Assembly: GCA_027623795.1 (NCBI GenBank)
Contig: JAQBUX010000001.1
Coordinates: forward strand, 1 to 56,161
Direction: 5' to 3'
DNA: 56,161 nt
Source of the DNA: Chloroflexota bacterium
GTDB lineage: Bacteria > Chloroflexota > Dehalococcoidia > Lucifugimonadales > Lucifugimonadaceae
The translations under genes and the position numbers were made by a program. Of the stretch, positions 18,697-28,326 are shown in pieces (positions within the stretch are counted from its first letter, which is position 1; the number at the start of each line of letters is the position of its first letter). The notes below the pieces were generated by a model. The model searched no databases and had not been told where the DNA came from. It worked only from the letters and a program-made list of their open reading frames with translations.

Positions 18697-19590
18697 TCAA
18701 TCGAGCGCGACGGGGTCACCGATCCGCACGGGCCCACGCGCTCCAACCACGGCGTACACGCCCACACAGGGGAACTGACCCAGATCACCGACCTGCAGCC
18801 TGTTATGGCGAACGATCGCGCGAAGAACATCTGTGTCCCTGGGCAAATCTTCTTGAGCGAGGGTCGTCATCACGCAACGGGGATCGGGCAGCGTCACGTT
18901 GAGCCGTGCCGCATCCCCGAAGGAGAGGTCATGGCCCACCCAGTCGTTTTCGACGAATCTAGGTCGTTCGGTCTCGACAATGACGTTCATGCGGAACCGT
19001 CGTTCGTCAAATCGGCTCCCCGGCTCCAGTTCATTCAGTCGCGCGAGCGTAGACGTGGTGAGCACCGACATTGGAAACACATCGAGGAAGGACCCGACCG
19101 GCACGGGCGAATCTGCTCCGATCGCGGCGAACAGGGCCGAGCCTAGCGGCTGTGCGACAAATTTGTCCCAATTGCCTCCAGGGTCTGCACCCTCGACATC
19201 GGGGTGGTACTGGTCGATCGTGAAATCGTCTGGCGCGACCCGTCCTAGCCTGACGTTTCGTTTGAAGTGTGCTGACAGCACGCGGTCGACATCACCGGAG
19301 TCGCTGCGTACCGACGTCCCATCGGGCAGAGTAATCACCACCTCCGGAATGCTCCCGTCCCGACGTGGCGCCTCGATGAACGCAGCGCTGAACTCGAACA
19401 GGTCCGGGTAAAGCCTCACGCTCTTCGCACTTACAACTTTGCCCGTGTCATCGTCGATTAGCGCATATGCGCGGTCACCAAGGACCCCGTGTTCTGTCAA
19501 CTCCATCTCCTGGGGCTGTTCGCCCCTCATGGATTTCACGGGGAACCTTCGTAGTCCCGCGACAGACCCTACGATCTCATTGATCGTCAT
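18697..19590 (-). CDS. MOSC domain-containing protein (MOSC_N beta-barrel plus MOSC)
   Basis: I chose the start at ATG 19590 (GGAGA upstream), giving MTINEIVGSVAGLRRFPVKSMRGE..., which is typical of the MOSC N-terminus. The conserved Cys lies in LPDPRCVMTT. The upstream 48 codons of the ORF track look non-coding. Confidence 0.8.
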   Translation of the reverse strand: MTINEIVGSVAGLRRFPVKSMRGEQPQEMELTEHGVLGDRAYALIDDDTGKVVSAKSVRLYPDLFEFSAAFIEAPRRDGSIPEVVITLPDGTSVRSDSGDVDRVLSAHFKRNVRLGRVAPDDFTIDQYHPDVEGADPGGNWDKFVAQPLGSALFAAIGADSPVPVGSFLDVFPMSVLTTSTLARLNELEPGSRFDERRFRMNVIVETERPRFVENDWVGHDLSFGDAARLNVTLPDPRCVMTTLAQEDLPRDTDVLRAIVRHNRLQVGDLGQFPCVGVYAVVGARGPVRIGDPVALD

Positions 19591-19829
19591 GTGATTCTCC
19601 GAATGGACGCTGTGGGTGGTCCTCGCCGGTGGGAATACGAGGCAATACGATCGGCAGCGGTGTTCGCCCGGCCGCCGCTCTGAGGGGGTCGCGGCAATCA
19701 TATCGACAGCACGAACGGAATCCACTCCACGCATCCCGAGCCTTCCTGGCGCGGGATGGAGGTTACAGGTGGCCTCCTCCTGAACTGAGATGGCGTTCTG
19801 GAGCGGTTGGGCAGGCGATCCGGCGGCCC

Positions 19830-21443
19830 CTACTCCCCGCCCTCGTTGCGCTCGTCGGTCCGGCGCTCCCCATCGATGCGTCCGAGATCGTACTCGTCGT
19901 AATCGACAAACTTCATCGCATCGGCGATCGCCCGGTGACCTGCTTTATCAGCAATCAAGCGGTGCATCTCCTGGCAAACGCGGCGGTAGTCTGCGTGTCC
20001 CGCCGGCGCCGTCCGGAGTTCGAGCATGTGGAACGCTTCGCGGGCGTTCATCTGCATGACGAACCGGATCCGGTACCCAAACGGGACGGCGTACTGGGCG
20101 ACATCGGAACCGAACGCGTCCGCAAGTTTCCCGTGTAATTCGGCCGCCCTCCCCATCGCAACATCCCATTCCGGCTCGCGGCCGATCTCGGACACAACGT
20201 CCGGCGTGGCGTAACCGTGGCTCGGGCCAAGGCGTTGCCATTCCAGTGTCAACATCCGGTGTCGCTGAAGGTCCCGAAAACTACCGAAGTCACACTTCAC
20301 GTCGAACCTGTAACTGACGCGCTCCATCCCGCGGCCGGGCTTGTGCCGGCGATTGAGGCGGTCCCCCGCGTAGGCACGAATCACACCGGCGCGCTCCCCC
20401 GGGTCCATGCGTCGCGCCGCCTCGAGTAGCTGATCGTCAGAAAGCTCCGAGTACGCGTACAGGGCGGCGGCGGCCACCTTGATCTCGGCGTCCGGGTCCC
20501 AGTCCACGAGCGTCACTTCGGGCCGATCGGACGCATCGGCCTTTATGCCGCTCGCGATCTCTCCCATGCGACCGGCGACATCGGAGAAGTAGCCGCTCCA
20601 TGCGCCGCCCCGGTCGGGCAGATCGACCCGTTTCACAAACGACGGGATCATTTGCCGAAGCTCGGCAAGTATCATCACTCCGTACTCACGCGCTTCCGCC
20701 AATGGATGCGCCTGCATGCGGATGAGCAACGCTTCGTACGCCTGTCCGGTGCCGAAGATGCCGACGTTCGAGGTCGTCGCGGCTGGCAGCAAACCACGCG
20801 CCGCATCGCAGGCCTTCGCACGGATCGTCGCGTTGTAGGCCCGGGTGGTCGTGCCCTCGGGTCTCGGGAACTGCTTCTCGTAATAGTTCCGCAACTCACC
20901 GACGAGGGACGAATACAGATCGAACAACGCGTCCATCGTCGCCCGATACTCTTCAGCCAGGGGCGATCCTCTGACCTCCGGCGGCACGTTATATCGGTAC
21001 TGCTCACCCAGCGGGCGGTCGTAGTAGATGTAGCGGGTGCTTTGCTCCAGATAGGCCGCCAGCCTGCCCCACTCAAGCACCTTGGTCAGCAGATTTGATG
21101 ACTGTTCGCAGGCTAGATGGGCGCCGCCCAGTTGCGTCACGGAGTCGTCTCCGTACTCACCAAATACCCGGTCGTACAACCTCTCGGCGTGCCGGGAGCC
21201 GACCAGCGGATCGTCTTCGTCAATGGCAGCAGCGATCGCACCGACACCGAGTTCGGGCTTGTCGTAAAACTCGTCGAGGAATAGACGGCGCAGCGACTTG
21301 TGCGTCCTAGAGTAGCGCGCGAAAAGCGCGCCCTTGACGACTTCCGGGAGGTTTACGAGGCCGAAGACAGGTCGATCCGTGTTCGTGAAAAAGCGCCCCA
21401 AAACGGCGCGTTCGTCGGTCGAAAACGGCTCTTCGTAGTACAC
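19830..21443 (-). CDS. thyX: Long (about 537 aa) ThyX/Thy1-family flavin-dependent thymidylate synthase-like protein, apparently two fused Thy1 modules
   Basis: N-terminal half contains GALFARYSRTHKSLRR. C-terminal half contains FRDLQRHRMLTLEWQ and ELRTAPAGHADYRRV (RHR-type ThyX motif region). GTG start. Confidence 0.65.
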   Translation of the reverse strand: MYYEEPFSTDERAVLGRFFTNTDRPVFGLVNLPEVVKGALFARYSRTHKSLRRLFLDEFYDKPELGVGAIAAAIDEDDPLVGSRHAERLYDRVFGEYGDDSVTQLGGAHLACEQSSNLLTKVLEWGRLAAYLEQSTRYIYYDRPLGEQYRYNVPPEVRGSPLAEEYRATMDALFDLYSSLVGELRNYYEKQFPRPEGTTTRAYNATIRAKACDAARGLLPAATTSNVGIFGTGQAYEALLIRMQAHPLAEAREYGVMILAELRQMIPSFVKRVDLPDRGGAWSGYFSDVAGRMGEIASGIKADASDRPEVTLVDWDPDAEIKVAAAALYAYSELSDDQLLEAARRMDPGERAGVIRAYAGDRLNRRHKPGRGMERVSYRFDVKCDFGSFRDLQRHRMLTLEWQRLGPSHGYATPDVVSEIGREPEWDVAMGRAAELHGKLADAFGSDVAQYAVPFGYRIRFVMQMNAREAFHMLELRTAPAGHADYRRVCQEMHRLIADKAGHRAIADAMKFVDYDEYDLGRIDGERRTDERNEGGE

Positions 21444-21557
21444 GAACTCATTCTAGAGTTAGCCCGGTCCGCGAAATAGCCTCAGTTGTCAGTTGGGCAG
21501 GCTCGCGAAAAGACCCGCCGTCGCGGCGGCCTCTGCTTCCGGGACTTCAGGGCTGGG

Positions 21558-22805
21558 TCATACCAACAAACTAACCGGGTTCTCCAGCAAGCGGCGGATC
21601 TCGCCGAGGAACGTCCCGCCTTCAGCCCCGTCCGTCACACGGTGGTCGGCCGACAGGCTCGCTTTCATGATCTGGCGTATGACGATCTCGCCGTCACGCA
21701 CGACCGGCTGTGCCGAAATGGCGCCCACTGCCAGGATGGCCGATTGAGGAGGCACGATGATCGCCTGGAAGTTGTCGACGCCGAGCATCCCCATGTTGGA
21801 GATGGAGAACGTCCCCGCCGTGTTCTCCTCCAGTGTCAACGCGCCGCCTTCCCCGCGCACCCGATTCGCCAGGTCCTTGGTGGCGGCGGCGATCTGGAGC
21901 AGACCCATGTTTTGCGTCCGAAGAATGGACGGGACGATCAGCCCGACCTCGAGAGCGATAGCGATACCGATGTTGATGTCGGCGTGACCGATCAGGTGGT
22001 CATCTGCAAAAGTGGTGTTGAGCTTCGGGTACTTGATGATCGCCTTCGTGCACGCACGGATGATCATGTCGTTGACGCTGATCCGAGGCCCGGCCTCGCC
22101 GACCTCCTCGTTCAGGCGTTGTCGAAGCGACATCGCCTCTGTCATGTCGATCGACAGGTCGATGTAGTAGTGCGGGTTCTCTGTCTTGCTCCTGACGGTG
22201 ACGCGTGCGATAGCCTGCCGCATCGGGGATAGCGGGATGTCCTCGCCGCTGAGCGTGACCTGAGCTACTGGCGCCGCCTGTATATGCGCCGCAGCGCCCG
22301 AAACTGGCGACGCCGCGGGCGGCGTCGCCGAGAGCCCCTCGACATCGGCGCGGGTGACTCGGCCGCCCGGCCCGGTGCCGGTAACGGTCGCCAGATCTAT
22401 CCCGCGCTCTGCGGCGATCTTTCGCGCGACGGGCGAGGCCTTGATACGGCCCGGTAATGCTTCGCTTGCGGCCGCGGCCGGCGCGGTCGCGACCGGCGTC
22501 GGTGTCGTGGACGCCGCCGGGGTTGCGACAACTGGCGTAGCGCCGTTCGTCTCCGGGATAGTGTCGTCGGCATCGCCAAGGTACGCGATCAGGTCGCCGA
22601 CCGGCACCCGGACACCTTCGCCGACCACGATCTTCCGTAGTAGACCGGCCCCGTACGCCTCCATCTCGACGACCGTCTTGTCCGTCTCGATCTCGGCGAG
22701 AATATCCCCGCGGCCGACTTCATCGCCCTCTGATTTGAGCCATTTGACTACAGTGCCTTCGGTCATATCGGCGCCCATGGCGGGCATTACGACTTCGGTG
22801 ATCAA
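21558..22805 (-). CDS. Dihydrolipoamide acyltransferase (E2) of a 2-oxoacid dehydrogenase complex
   Basis: Lipoyl domain (EIETDKTVVEMEA), E3/E1-binding domain (ASPVARKIAAERGIDLATVTGTGPGGRVTRADV), and catalytic domain with SLSADHRVTDGAEG. Confidence 0.9.
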   Translation of the reverse strand: MITEVVMPAMGADMTEGTVVKWLKSEGDEVGRGDILAEIETDKTVVEMEAYGAGLLRKIVVGEGVRVPVGDLIAYLGDADDTIPETNGATPVVATPAASTTPTPVATAPAAAASEALPGRIKASPVARKIAAERGIDLATVTGTGPGGRVTRADVEGLSATPPAASPVSGAAAHIQAAPVAQVTLSGEDIPLSPMRQAIARVTVRSKTENPHYYIDLSIDMTEAMSLRQRLNEEVGEAGPRISVNDMIIRACTKAIIKYPKLNTTFADDHLIGHADINIGIAIALEVGLIVPSILRTQNMGLLQIAAATKDLANRVRGEGGALTLEENTAGTFSISNMGMLGVDNFQAIIVPPQSAILAVGAISAQPVVRDGEIVIRQIMKASLSADHRVTDGAEGGTFLGEIRRLLENPVSLLV

Positions 22806-22913
22806 TCCGGGACCCTTTCCTTATCGGTTTTCAGGGGTCGGCGTTTACGGGTTTGCCTCTGTGGGCCGATATTAACGTTCAGTGCGGCGGCTTTGGCCGC
22901 CCGTCACAACGGC

Positions 22914-23891
22914 CTAAAGGCCGTACGTTTTTTCGATTTCGTCGATCACCCACTGTGTCTGTGGGATGGCGAGCTGCTCAAGCGGACGGCTGTACGGTGA
23001 AGGGACGTCAGCGCCGCCTACGCGAGCGACCGGTCCGTCCATGATGTCGGAGCATCGATAGCCGATCTCGGCGGCCAACTCAGCGCCCAGACCTGCGGTG
23101 CGCCAATTCTCGTCCAGCACCAGCGCCCTGCCGGTTCTCTGGACGGATGCGACGACCGTATCCATATCAAGCGGGCGAAGCGTACGCAGGTCTACGACCT
23201 CCGCGCTGACCCCGGTCTCGGACAGTTTCTCCGCGGCATCGAGTAGTGTCACTATGCCGTGGGCCCAACCGATCAGGGTGATGTCTGTCCCTGCACGTTT
23301 CACGTCTGCGACGCCGATCGGCACCCGGTATTCGTCGTCGGGAACCTCGCCACGCGTCCCATAAAGCAGGGCGTTCTCCGCGAAAATCACGGGATTGTCG
23401 TCCTCTATGGCGGAGCGGAGCATGCCGAGCGCGTCGTACGGCGTGGACGGAGTAACGACCTTCAGGCCCGGAGTTGAGGCGAACCAGTTTTCAAAAGACT
23501 GGGAGTGCGTGGCCGCCAGTTGAACCCCGCCGCCCGTCGGCGCCCGGAGCACCATCGGAACCTTCACCTGGCCGCCGGACATGTACCTGATCTTGGCGGC
23601 CATGTTGACGATCTGGTCCGCAGCAACGAGCGAGAAACTCATCGACATCAACTCGACCACCGGACGCAGACCGGCCACCGCCGCGCCTACGCCTGCGCCC
23701 ACGAACGCCGCCTCCGAGATCGGAGTATCTCGAATCCGGTCCGCCCCGTACTTGTCGAGTAGGCCCTGCGTGACGGCGTAAGCGCCGTCGTACTTCCCGA
23801 TGTCCTCCCCCATAAGAAAAACATCGGGATCGGCGTCAAGCGCCTCCCGCAACCCACGCTGGAGTGCCTGTCTGAACGTGATCTCAGCCAT
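22914..23891 (-). CDS. 2-oxoacid (pyruvate/acetoin/branched-chain) dehydrogenase E1 beta subunit
   Basis: 325 aa. Contains MGEDIGKYDGAYAVTQGL...RIRDTPISEAAFVGAGVGAA, the transketolase-like pyrimidine-binding and C-terminal domains. Confidence 0.9.
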   Translation of the reverse strand: MAEITFRQALQRGLREALDADPDVFLMGEDIGKYDGAYAVTQGLLDKYGADRIRDTPISEAAFVGAGVGAAVAGLRPVVELMSMSFSLVAADQIVNMAAKIRYMSGGQVKVPMVLRAPTGGGVQLAATHSQSFENWFASTPGLKVVTPSTPYDALGMLRSAIEDDNPVIFAENALLYGTRGEVPDDEYRVPIGVADVKRAGTDITLIGWAHGIVTLLDAAEKLSETGVSAEVVDLRTLRPLDMDTVVASVQRTGRALVLDENWRTAGLGAELAAEIGYRCSDIMDGPVARVGGADVPSPYSRPLEQLAIPQTQWVIDEIEKTYGL

Positions 23892-23959
23892 ACATCAATC
23901 CCGCCGTCCCGGGTTTCCGATAGAAGCTCCGCTCTGGTCGCCCGGCCCTCCAGGCGTTT

Positions 23960-24970
23960 TTAAGCGTAAATGTCCGTGAAAAGTTCTTCATCCGGCGGGA
24001 ACGGACTGTCCTCCGCAAACTTGACCGCCGCCGCCACCTCTGCATCCACACTGGCCCGGATATCGTCCAGTTGGCCTTCACTGAAAAGCTCTTGCGCCAA
24101 TAGGTCCCGCGGGAACGTCACGATCGGATCGCGCGCCTGCCATGCAGCTGTCTCTCCACTGTCCCGGTACTTGACCGGGTCCGCCATCGAGTGGCCCTGG
24201 AAGCGGAAGGTCTTTGCCTCGATAAACGCCGGGCCCTCGCCGGCCCGGATGCTATCCACGGCGACTCTGGTCGCCTCCTGCACTGCCAGCACATCCATGC
24301 CATCGACGACTACCGCGTGCTCGATGCCGTACGTGGCTGCGCCCGGGTAAAAATCCTCGCCACCGGCGCGGACGCGATCGAACCTGGAACCCATTCCATA
24401 CAGGTTATTCTCAAGGAAAAACAGCATCGGCAACTTCCATACCGCAGCCAGGTTCATCACCTCGTGGTAAGTGCCCTGGTTAGTCGAGCCGTCGCCGAAA
24501 AACACCAGGCAGATGCCGTCCGTCTTGCGGTACTGGTGGCTCAAAGCCAGTCCAGCAGCGAGCGGAAACTGCCCGCCGACGATGGCGTGGCCACCCATGA
24601 CGCCCTTCTCGGCGTCGAAGAGGTGCATCGACCCACCCTTGCCCTTGCTCAGTCCGCCAATACGGCCAAAAAGCTCCGCCATGGTGCGGTTCGGATCTAC
24701 GCCTCGCGCTAGCGCGTGGCCGTGATCCCGGTAGTGGGTGACAATGTAGTCGTGCGGCTGAAGCTGCGAGATCGCACCGACAGCGATCGCCTCTTCACCG
24801 ATATAAAGATGAAGAAACCCGCGGATCTGCCCGCGGGTGTACATCTCACCGCACACCTCTTCAAATTGACGGATCAGGTACATCTGCCGGTATAAATCGG
24901 CGAGTTCCTGCTTCCTGGCCTTCCCGGTCTTATTGGACTGGGAAGGCGTCTTAGCCTTGCTTTGAACGAT
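23960..24970 (-). CDS. 2-oxoacid dehydrogenase E1 alpha subunit (TPP-binding); start inferred at a non-canonical ATC
   Basis: Contains GFLHLYIGEEA and the TPP motif region VFFGDGSTNQG...LENNLYGM. The family-conserved KQELADLYRQM lies upstream of the first ATG (24883). The only start-like codon before the in-frame stop is ATC (24970..24968), 7 nt after GGAGG (24982..24978). Confidence 0.8.
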   Translation of the reverse strand: MVQSKAKTPSQSNKTGKARKQELADLYRQMYLIRQFEEVCGEMYTRGQIRGFLHLYIGEEAIAVGAISQLQPHDYIVTHYRDHGHALARGVDPNRTMAELFGRIGGLSKGKGGSMHLFDAEKGVMGGHAIVGGQFPLAAGLALSHQYRKTDGICLVFFGDGSTNQGTYHEVMNLAAVWKLPMLFFLENNLYGMGSRFDRVRAGGEDFYPGAATYGIEHAVVVDGMDVLAVQEATRVAVDSIRAGEGPAFIEAKTFRFQGHSMADPVKYRDSGETAAWQARDPIVTFPRDLLAQELFSEGQLDDIRASVDAEVAAAVKFAEDSPFPPDEELFTDIYA

Positions 24971-25162
24971 CGTTCAGCCTCCAGGTCAGGAATGCATTCC
25001 GGCCCCTTCCCTCAACTCGAGTGGACGGGCATGCGTTTCCGCGGGTCGCGGCACTGGATCGATGGGCCAGCGGCGGCGGCTATCTTACTATACGACCACG
25101 AACGTTCCTTCATTCGGGTGACGACCGTTTGGGGCATTCTCACGTTTGATTCGGTCTGGCCG

Positions 25163-26053
25163 TCAACGGGCGCGGGCCGCCGCAAGACGCGCCGCCTGCA
25201 TAACGTTTTTCAATAACATCGCTATGGTCATCGGCCCCACACCGCCCGGCACAGGCGTCTGCATCGACGCCACCTCGCGAACGTCCAACGCCACGTCGCC
25301 CGCCAACCGCCAGCCCCGTTCACGCGAGGCGTCCTCTACACGGACCGTCCCGACATCAATCACGACAGCGCCGGGTTTGACCATCTCTCTGGTGATCAAT
25401 CCCGGCACACCCATCGCGGCGACCAGGATGTCAGCCTGCCTCGTGTGAAGGGCGAGGTCCCGGGTCCGGGAGTGGCACACGGTTACCGTGGCGTCGCCGC
25501 CATCTCCGCGCCCGAGCAGGAGGCCGGCGAGCGGACGGCCGACGATGTTGCTGCGTCCGCAGATCACGACGTGTTTTCCCCTGGTCTCAACGCCCTCCTC
25601 GGCGAGCAACCTCAGGATGCCGCTCGGGGTCGCCGGAGCGAGTTGAGGCGCGCCGCCTAGAAGCAGCCCGAGGTTGAACGGATGTATGCCGTCGACGTCT
25701 TTCCCCGGATCAATGGCGTGGAGAACCGTGTCGTCGTCTACGTGATCGGGGAGCGGAAGTTGCACGAGGAAGCCATCGATCTCTTCGTCCGCGTTCAGCT
25801 CTCCAATTACCGTCAGTAGCTGGTCCTGGGTCACATCGGCCGGCAAACGCCGCGTCAGGGACCGCATGCCCACCTCCAGGGATGCCCGCTCCTTGCCCCG
25901 GACGTAGGTCGCCGACGCGGGGTCGTCTCCGACCAACACGACCGCCAGTCCCGGTTGCGCATGGCCGGATGCGATCCAGTCCTTGACTTCACTCGCGACC
26001 TCTGCGCGGACCTTTTCGGCCACAGCCTTGCCGTCGATTCGCTTTGCGGGAAT
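25163..26053 (-). CDS. folD: Bifunctional 5,10-methylene-THF dehydrogenase / methenyl-THF cyclohydrolase; start inferred at ATT
   Basis: Contains VGDDPASATYVRGK and CHSRT, typical of FolD. The conserved N-terminal (I)PAKRIDGKAVAEKVRAEV extends 10 codons upstream of the first canonical start (GTG 26023). ATT (26053..26051) lies 6 nt after GGAGG (26064..26060). Confidence 0.88.
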   Translation of the reverse strand: MPAKRIDGKAVAEKVRAEVASEVKDWIASGHAQPGLAVVLVGDDPASATYVRGKERASLEVGMRSLTRRLPADVTQDQLLTVIGELNADEEIDGFLVQLPLPDHVDDDTVLHAIDPGKDVDGIHPFNLGLLLGGAPQLAPATPSGILRLLAEEGVETRGKHVVICGRSNIVGRPLAGLLLGRGDGGDATVTVCHSRTRDLALHTRQADILVAAMGVPGLITREMVKPGAVVIDVGTVRVEDASRERGWRLAGDVALDVREVASMQTPVPGGVGPMTIAMLLKNVMQAARLAAARAR

Positions 26054-26360
26054 GGGAAGCCTCCGTTGCAGGCGAGTCTCAGATTTTTGTTACGGTCTAT
26101 CGCCCGAAATTGTGTGCCCGAACGACGCAATCCGCGGCCTCGCAGGTTAGCACCGCGATCGACCGCTACGGCTAGGCACATCCCCTGATACGCGCCAACT
26201 CCCCGGAACTCGCCATGCGCGCCACCTATAATCCGCCGGTGGTCTCGTCGTCGTAAAGACCGAACCCCCGGCGATGCCAGTCGCAGCCGGTAACTGGGAT
26301 ACGAATTGCCCTGAAAAACACCGGCCCGGACGGCAAACCGCCTTCCAATGACGGAGCCGA

Positions 26361-26756
26361 TTGAAGGGAATCAGCTTGTACGTCGGCGTTGACATCATCG
26401 AGATCGAACGCATCGGCCGCACATTCTCGCGGTACCCGGAGAGATTCCTGGAGAAGATTTACACGCCGGGAGAACAAGCCTACTGCCGGGGACGGGCGCC
26501 GCAACTTGCGAGCCGATTTGCCGCCAAAGAGGCGGTGATGAAGGCGCTCGGCACCGGTGTGCGCGGGGTGAGCTGGCGCGATATCGAAGTGCAGCGACGA
26601 CGTGGGCGAGCGCCCGAGATCGTTCTGCACGATCGTGCAAAGGCGCGCGCTGAAAAGATGGGCATCGTTCGTATAGCCATCAGCCTTTCGCACTCCCGGG
26701 ATTTTGCGGTCGCGAGTGTGGTCGCCGAAACGGATGGAAGGCCGATGCTCCCGTGA
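26361..26756 (+). CDS. acpS: Holo-[acyl-carrier-protein] synthase (4'-phosphopantetheinyl transferase)
   Basis: GVDIIEIERI...FAAKEAVMKALG...ISLSHSRDFAVASVV is the AcpS signature. Start is TTG 26361 or 26376. Confidence 0.85.
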   Translation: MKGISLYVGVDIIEIERIGRTFSRYPERFLEKIYTPGEQAYCRGRAPQLASRFAAKEAVMKALGTGVRGVSWRDIEVQRRRGRAPEIVLHDRAKARAEKMGIVRIAISLSHSRDFAVASVVAETDGRPMLP

Positions 26757-28285
26757 AGATAGTCACCGTTCGTCAGATGCGGGAGCTTGAACAGGCGTCC
26801 GTTCGGGCCGGCACATCGCTGGACACCCTGATGGAAAACGCCGGCGCCGCCATCGCTGAAGCGCTACGAGATCGGCTGCCCGCCCCCACGAGCGGATCGG
26901 CGCTCGTGCTCGTCGGCCCGGGACACAACGGAAGCGATGGCCTCGTCGCGGCGCGGCACCTGGCGGCACGTGGCGTACCCGTTTCCGCGTACCTGCTCAC
27001 GACCCGGCCCGCGTTAGACGAAAAACGCGATCTCGCCGTCGCTGCGGGGGTCGAGATTATCCACGCGTTTGAGGACTCCGGCCGCTCAAAACTGGCGTCA
27101 AAGTCCAGAGGCGCGAGCGTAATCATCGACGCCGTCCTGGGTACGGGACGCGTGCGCCCGATCGAAGCCCCGCTCTCGGACCTGCTCGCCGTCGTCCGGG
27201 AGAACTCGCGGGCTCCGATCGTTGCCGTAGACATCCCGACCGGGTTTGCTGCGGACACGGGTCATATGGACCCCAACGGCCTCAGCGCCAGCGAGATTCT
27301 CGTGCTGGGGCGGCCCAAGATCGGGTTTTTTCTCGACCCGACGGGCACACCGTGGAGATGCCTGGATATCGGCATCCCTGACGGATTGGACGAACGGATA
27401 ACGACCGAGCTGATGAGTTCCGCCTCGGTGGCCGCTGTCTTGCCGGCGCGCCCGCCGCGCTCAAATAAAGGGACCTACGGGCGGGCGTTGATAGTTGCTG
27501 GTTCGGAAAGCTACGTCGGCGCCGCGTATCTCGCCGGGGCCGCGGCGGGGCGCGCCGGCGCCGGGCTCGTAACACTCGCGCTGCCGGACACGATCTACCC
27601 CCTCATCGCCTCACGCCTGTCGGAAGCCACATTCATCCCGCTCGTGGAACGCGGGCGAAACGCTATCGACTCTGGATTCGCCGCCGTACAGGTCACGGAC
27701 GCCTCGCGGGTGGCGACCGGGATGTTGATCGGGCCCGGCCTCGGCCAGACGCAGGCCGCCGTTGAGTTTGTCCGCGCCGTCCTCCTGGACAGGCGGGAAG
27801 GCCCCCGGCTGGTGCTCGACGCCGATTGCCTGAATGCTCTGGCCGGTGTCGACGATTGGCCCGGTCGCGTGCGCGGTCCGGCAATTTTGACGCCGCACCC
27901 CGGAGAGATGGCGCGCCTGCGCGGCTCGACGGTCCCTGACGTGGAGCGCGATCGCGTGCACAGCGCGCAGGCCGCCGCCGAACTCTGGGGCCACATCGTT
28001 GTGCTGAAGGGGGCGTGCACCGTCGTGGCGCATCCCGACGGGCGGACGGCGATCAGCCCATGGGTCAACCCGGGCATGGCGACCGGCGGCACGGGCGACG
28101 TGCTCGCGGGAATGATCGCCGGATTCTTGACTCAGCATATGGACCCGTTCGAAGCGGCGATGCTCGGCGTATATGCCCACGGTCTTGCCGGTGAGTTGGC
28201 CAGACGATCGTTCGGAGAGGTCGCGATGGTGGCCGGGGATCTGCTGGAGACGCTGCCACAGGCGCTCAGACAACTTTCTGAATGA
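26753..28285 (+). CDS. nnr: Bifunctional NAD(P)H-hydrate repair enzyme (epimerase/ADP-dependent dehydratase)
   Basis: 510 aa. YjeF N-terminal domain (LVGPGHNGSDG) plus carbohydrate-kinase domain (GTGDVLAG). GTGA overlap with acpS. Confidence 0.9.
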   Translation: MKIVTVRQMRELEQASVRAGTSLDTLMENAGAAIAEALRDRLPAPTSGSALVLVGPGHNGSDGLVAARHLAARGVPVSAYLLTTRPALDEKRDLAVAAGVEIIHAFEDSGRSKLASKSRGASVIIDAVLGTGRVRPIEAPLSDLLAVVRENSRAPIVAVDIPTGFAADTGHMDPNGLSASEILVLGRPKIGFFLDPTGTPWRCLDIGIPDGLDERITTELMSSASVAAVLPARPPRSNKGTYGRALIVAGSESYVGAAYLAGAAAGRAGAGLVTLALPDTIYPLIASRLSEATFIPLVERGRNAIDSGFAAVQVTDASRVATGMLIGPGLGQTQAAVEFVRAVLLDRREGPRLVLDADCLNALAGVDDWPGRVRGPAILTPHPGEMARLRGSTVPDVERDRVHSAQAAAELWGHIVVLKGACTVVAHPDGRTAISPWVNPGMATGGTGDVLAGMIAGFLTQHMDPFEAAMLGVYAHGLAGELARRSFGEVAMVAGDLLETLPQALRQLSE

Positions 28286-28326
28286 CGGCGGGTTTAACGG
28301 TCATCCACTGATATCATCGCCTCATC

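Noticed and set aside
18636-19775. A 13-nt direct repeat GGTTACAGGTGGC on both sides of the MOSC gene (about 18639 and about 19762), considered as possible att-like island borders.
   Set aside because: Exact 13-mers are expected by chance many times in 56 kb on both strands (more so with GC bias). There is no integrase, tRNA or compositional shift, and the gene looks native.
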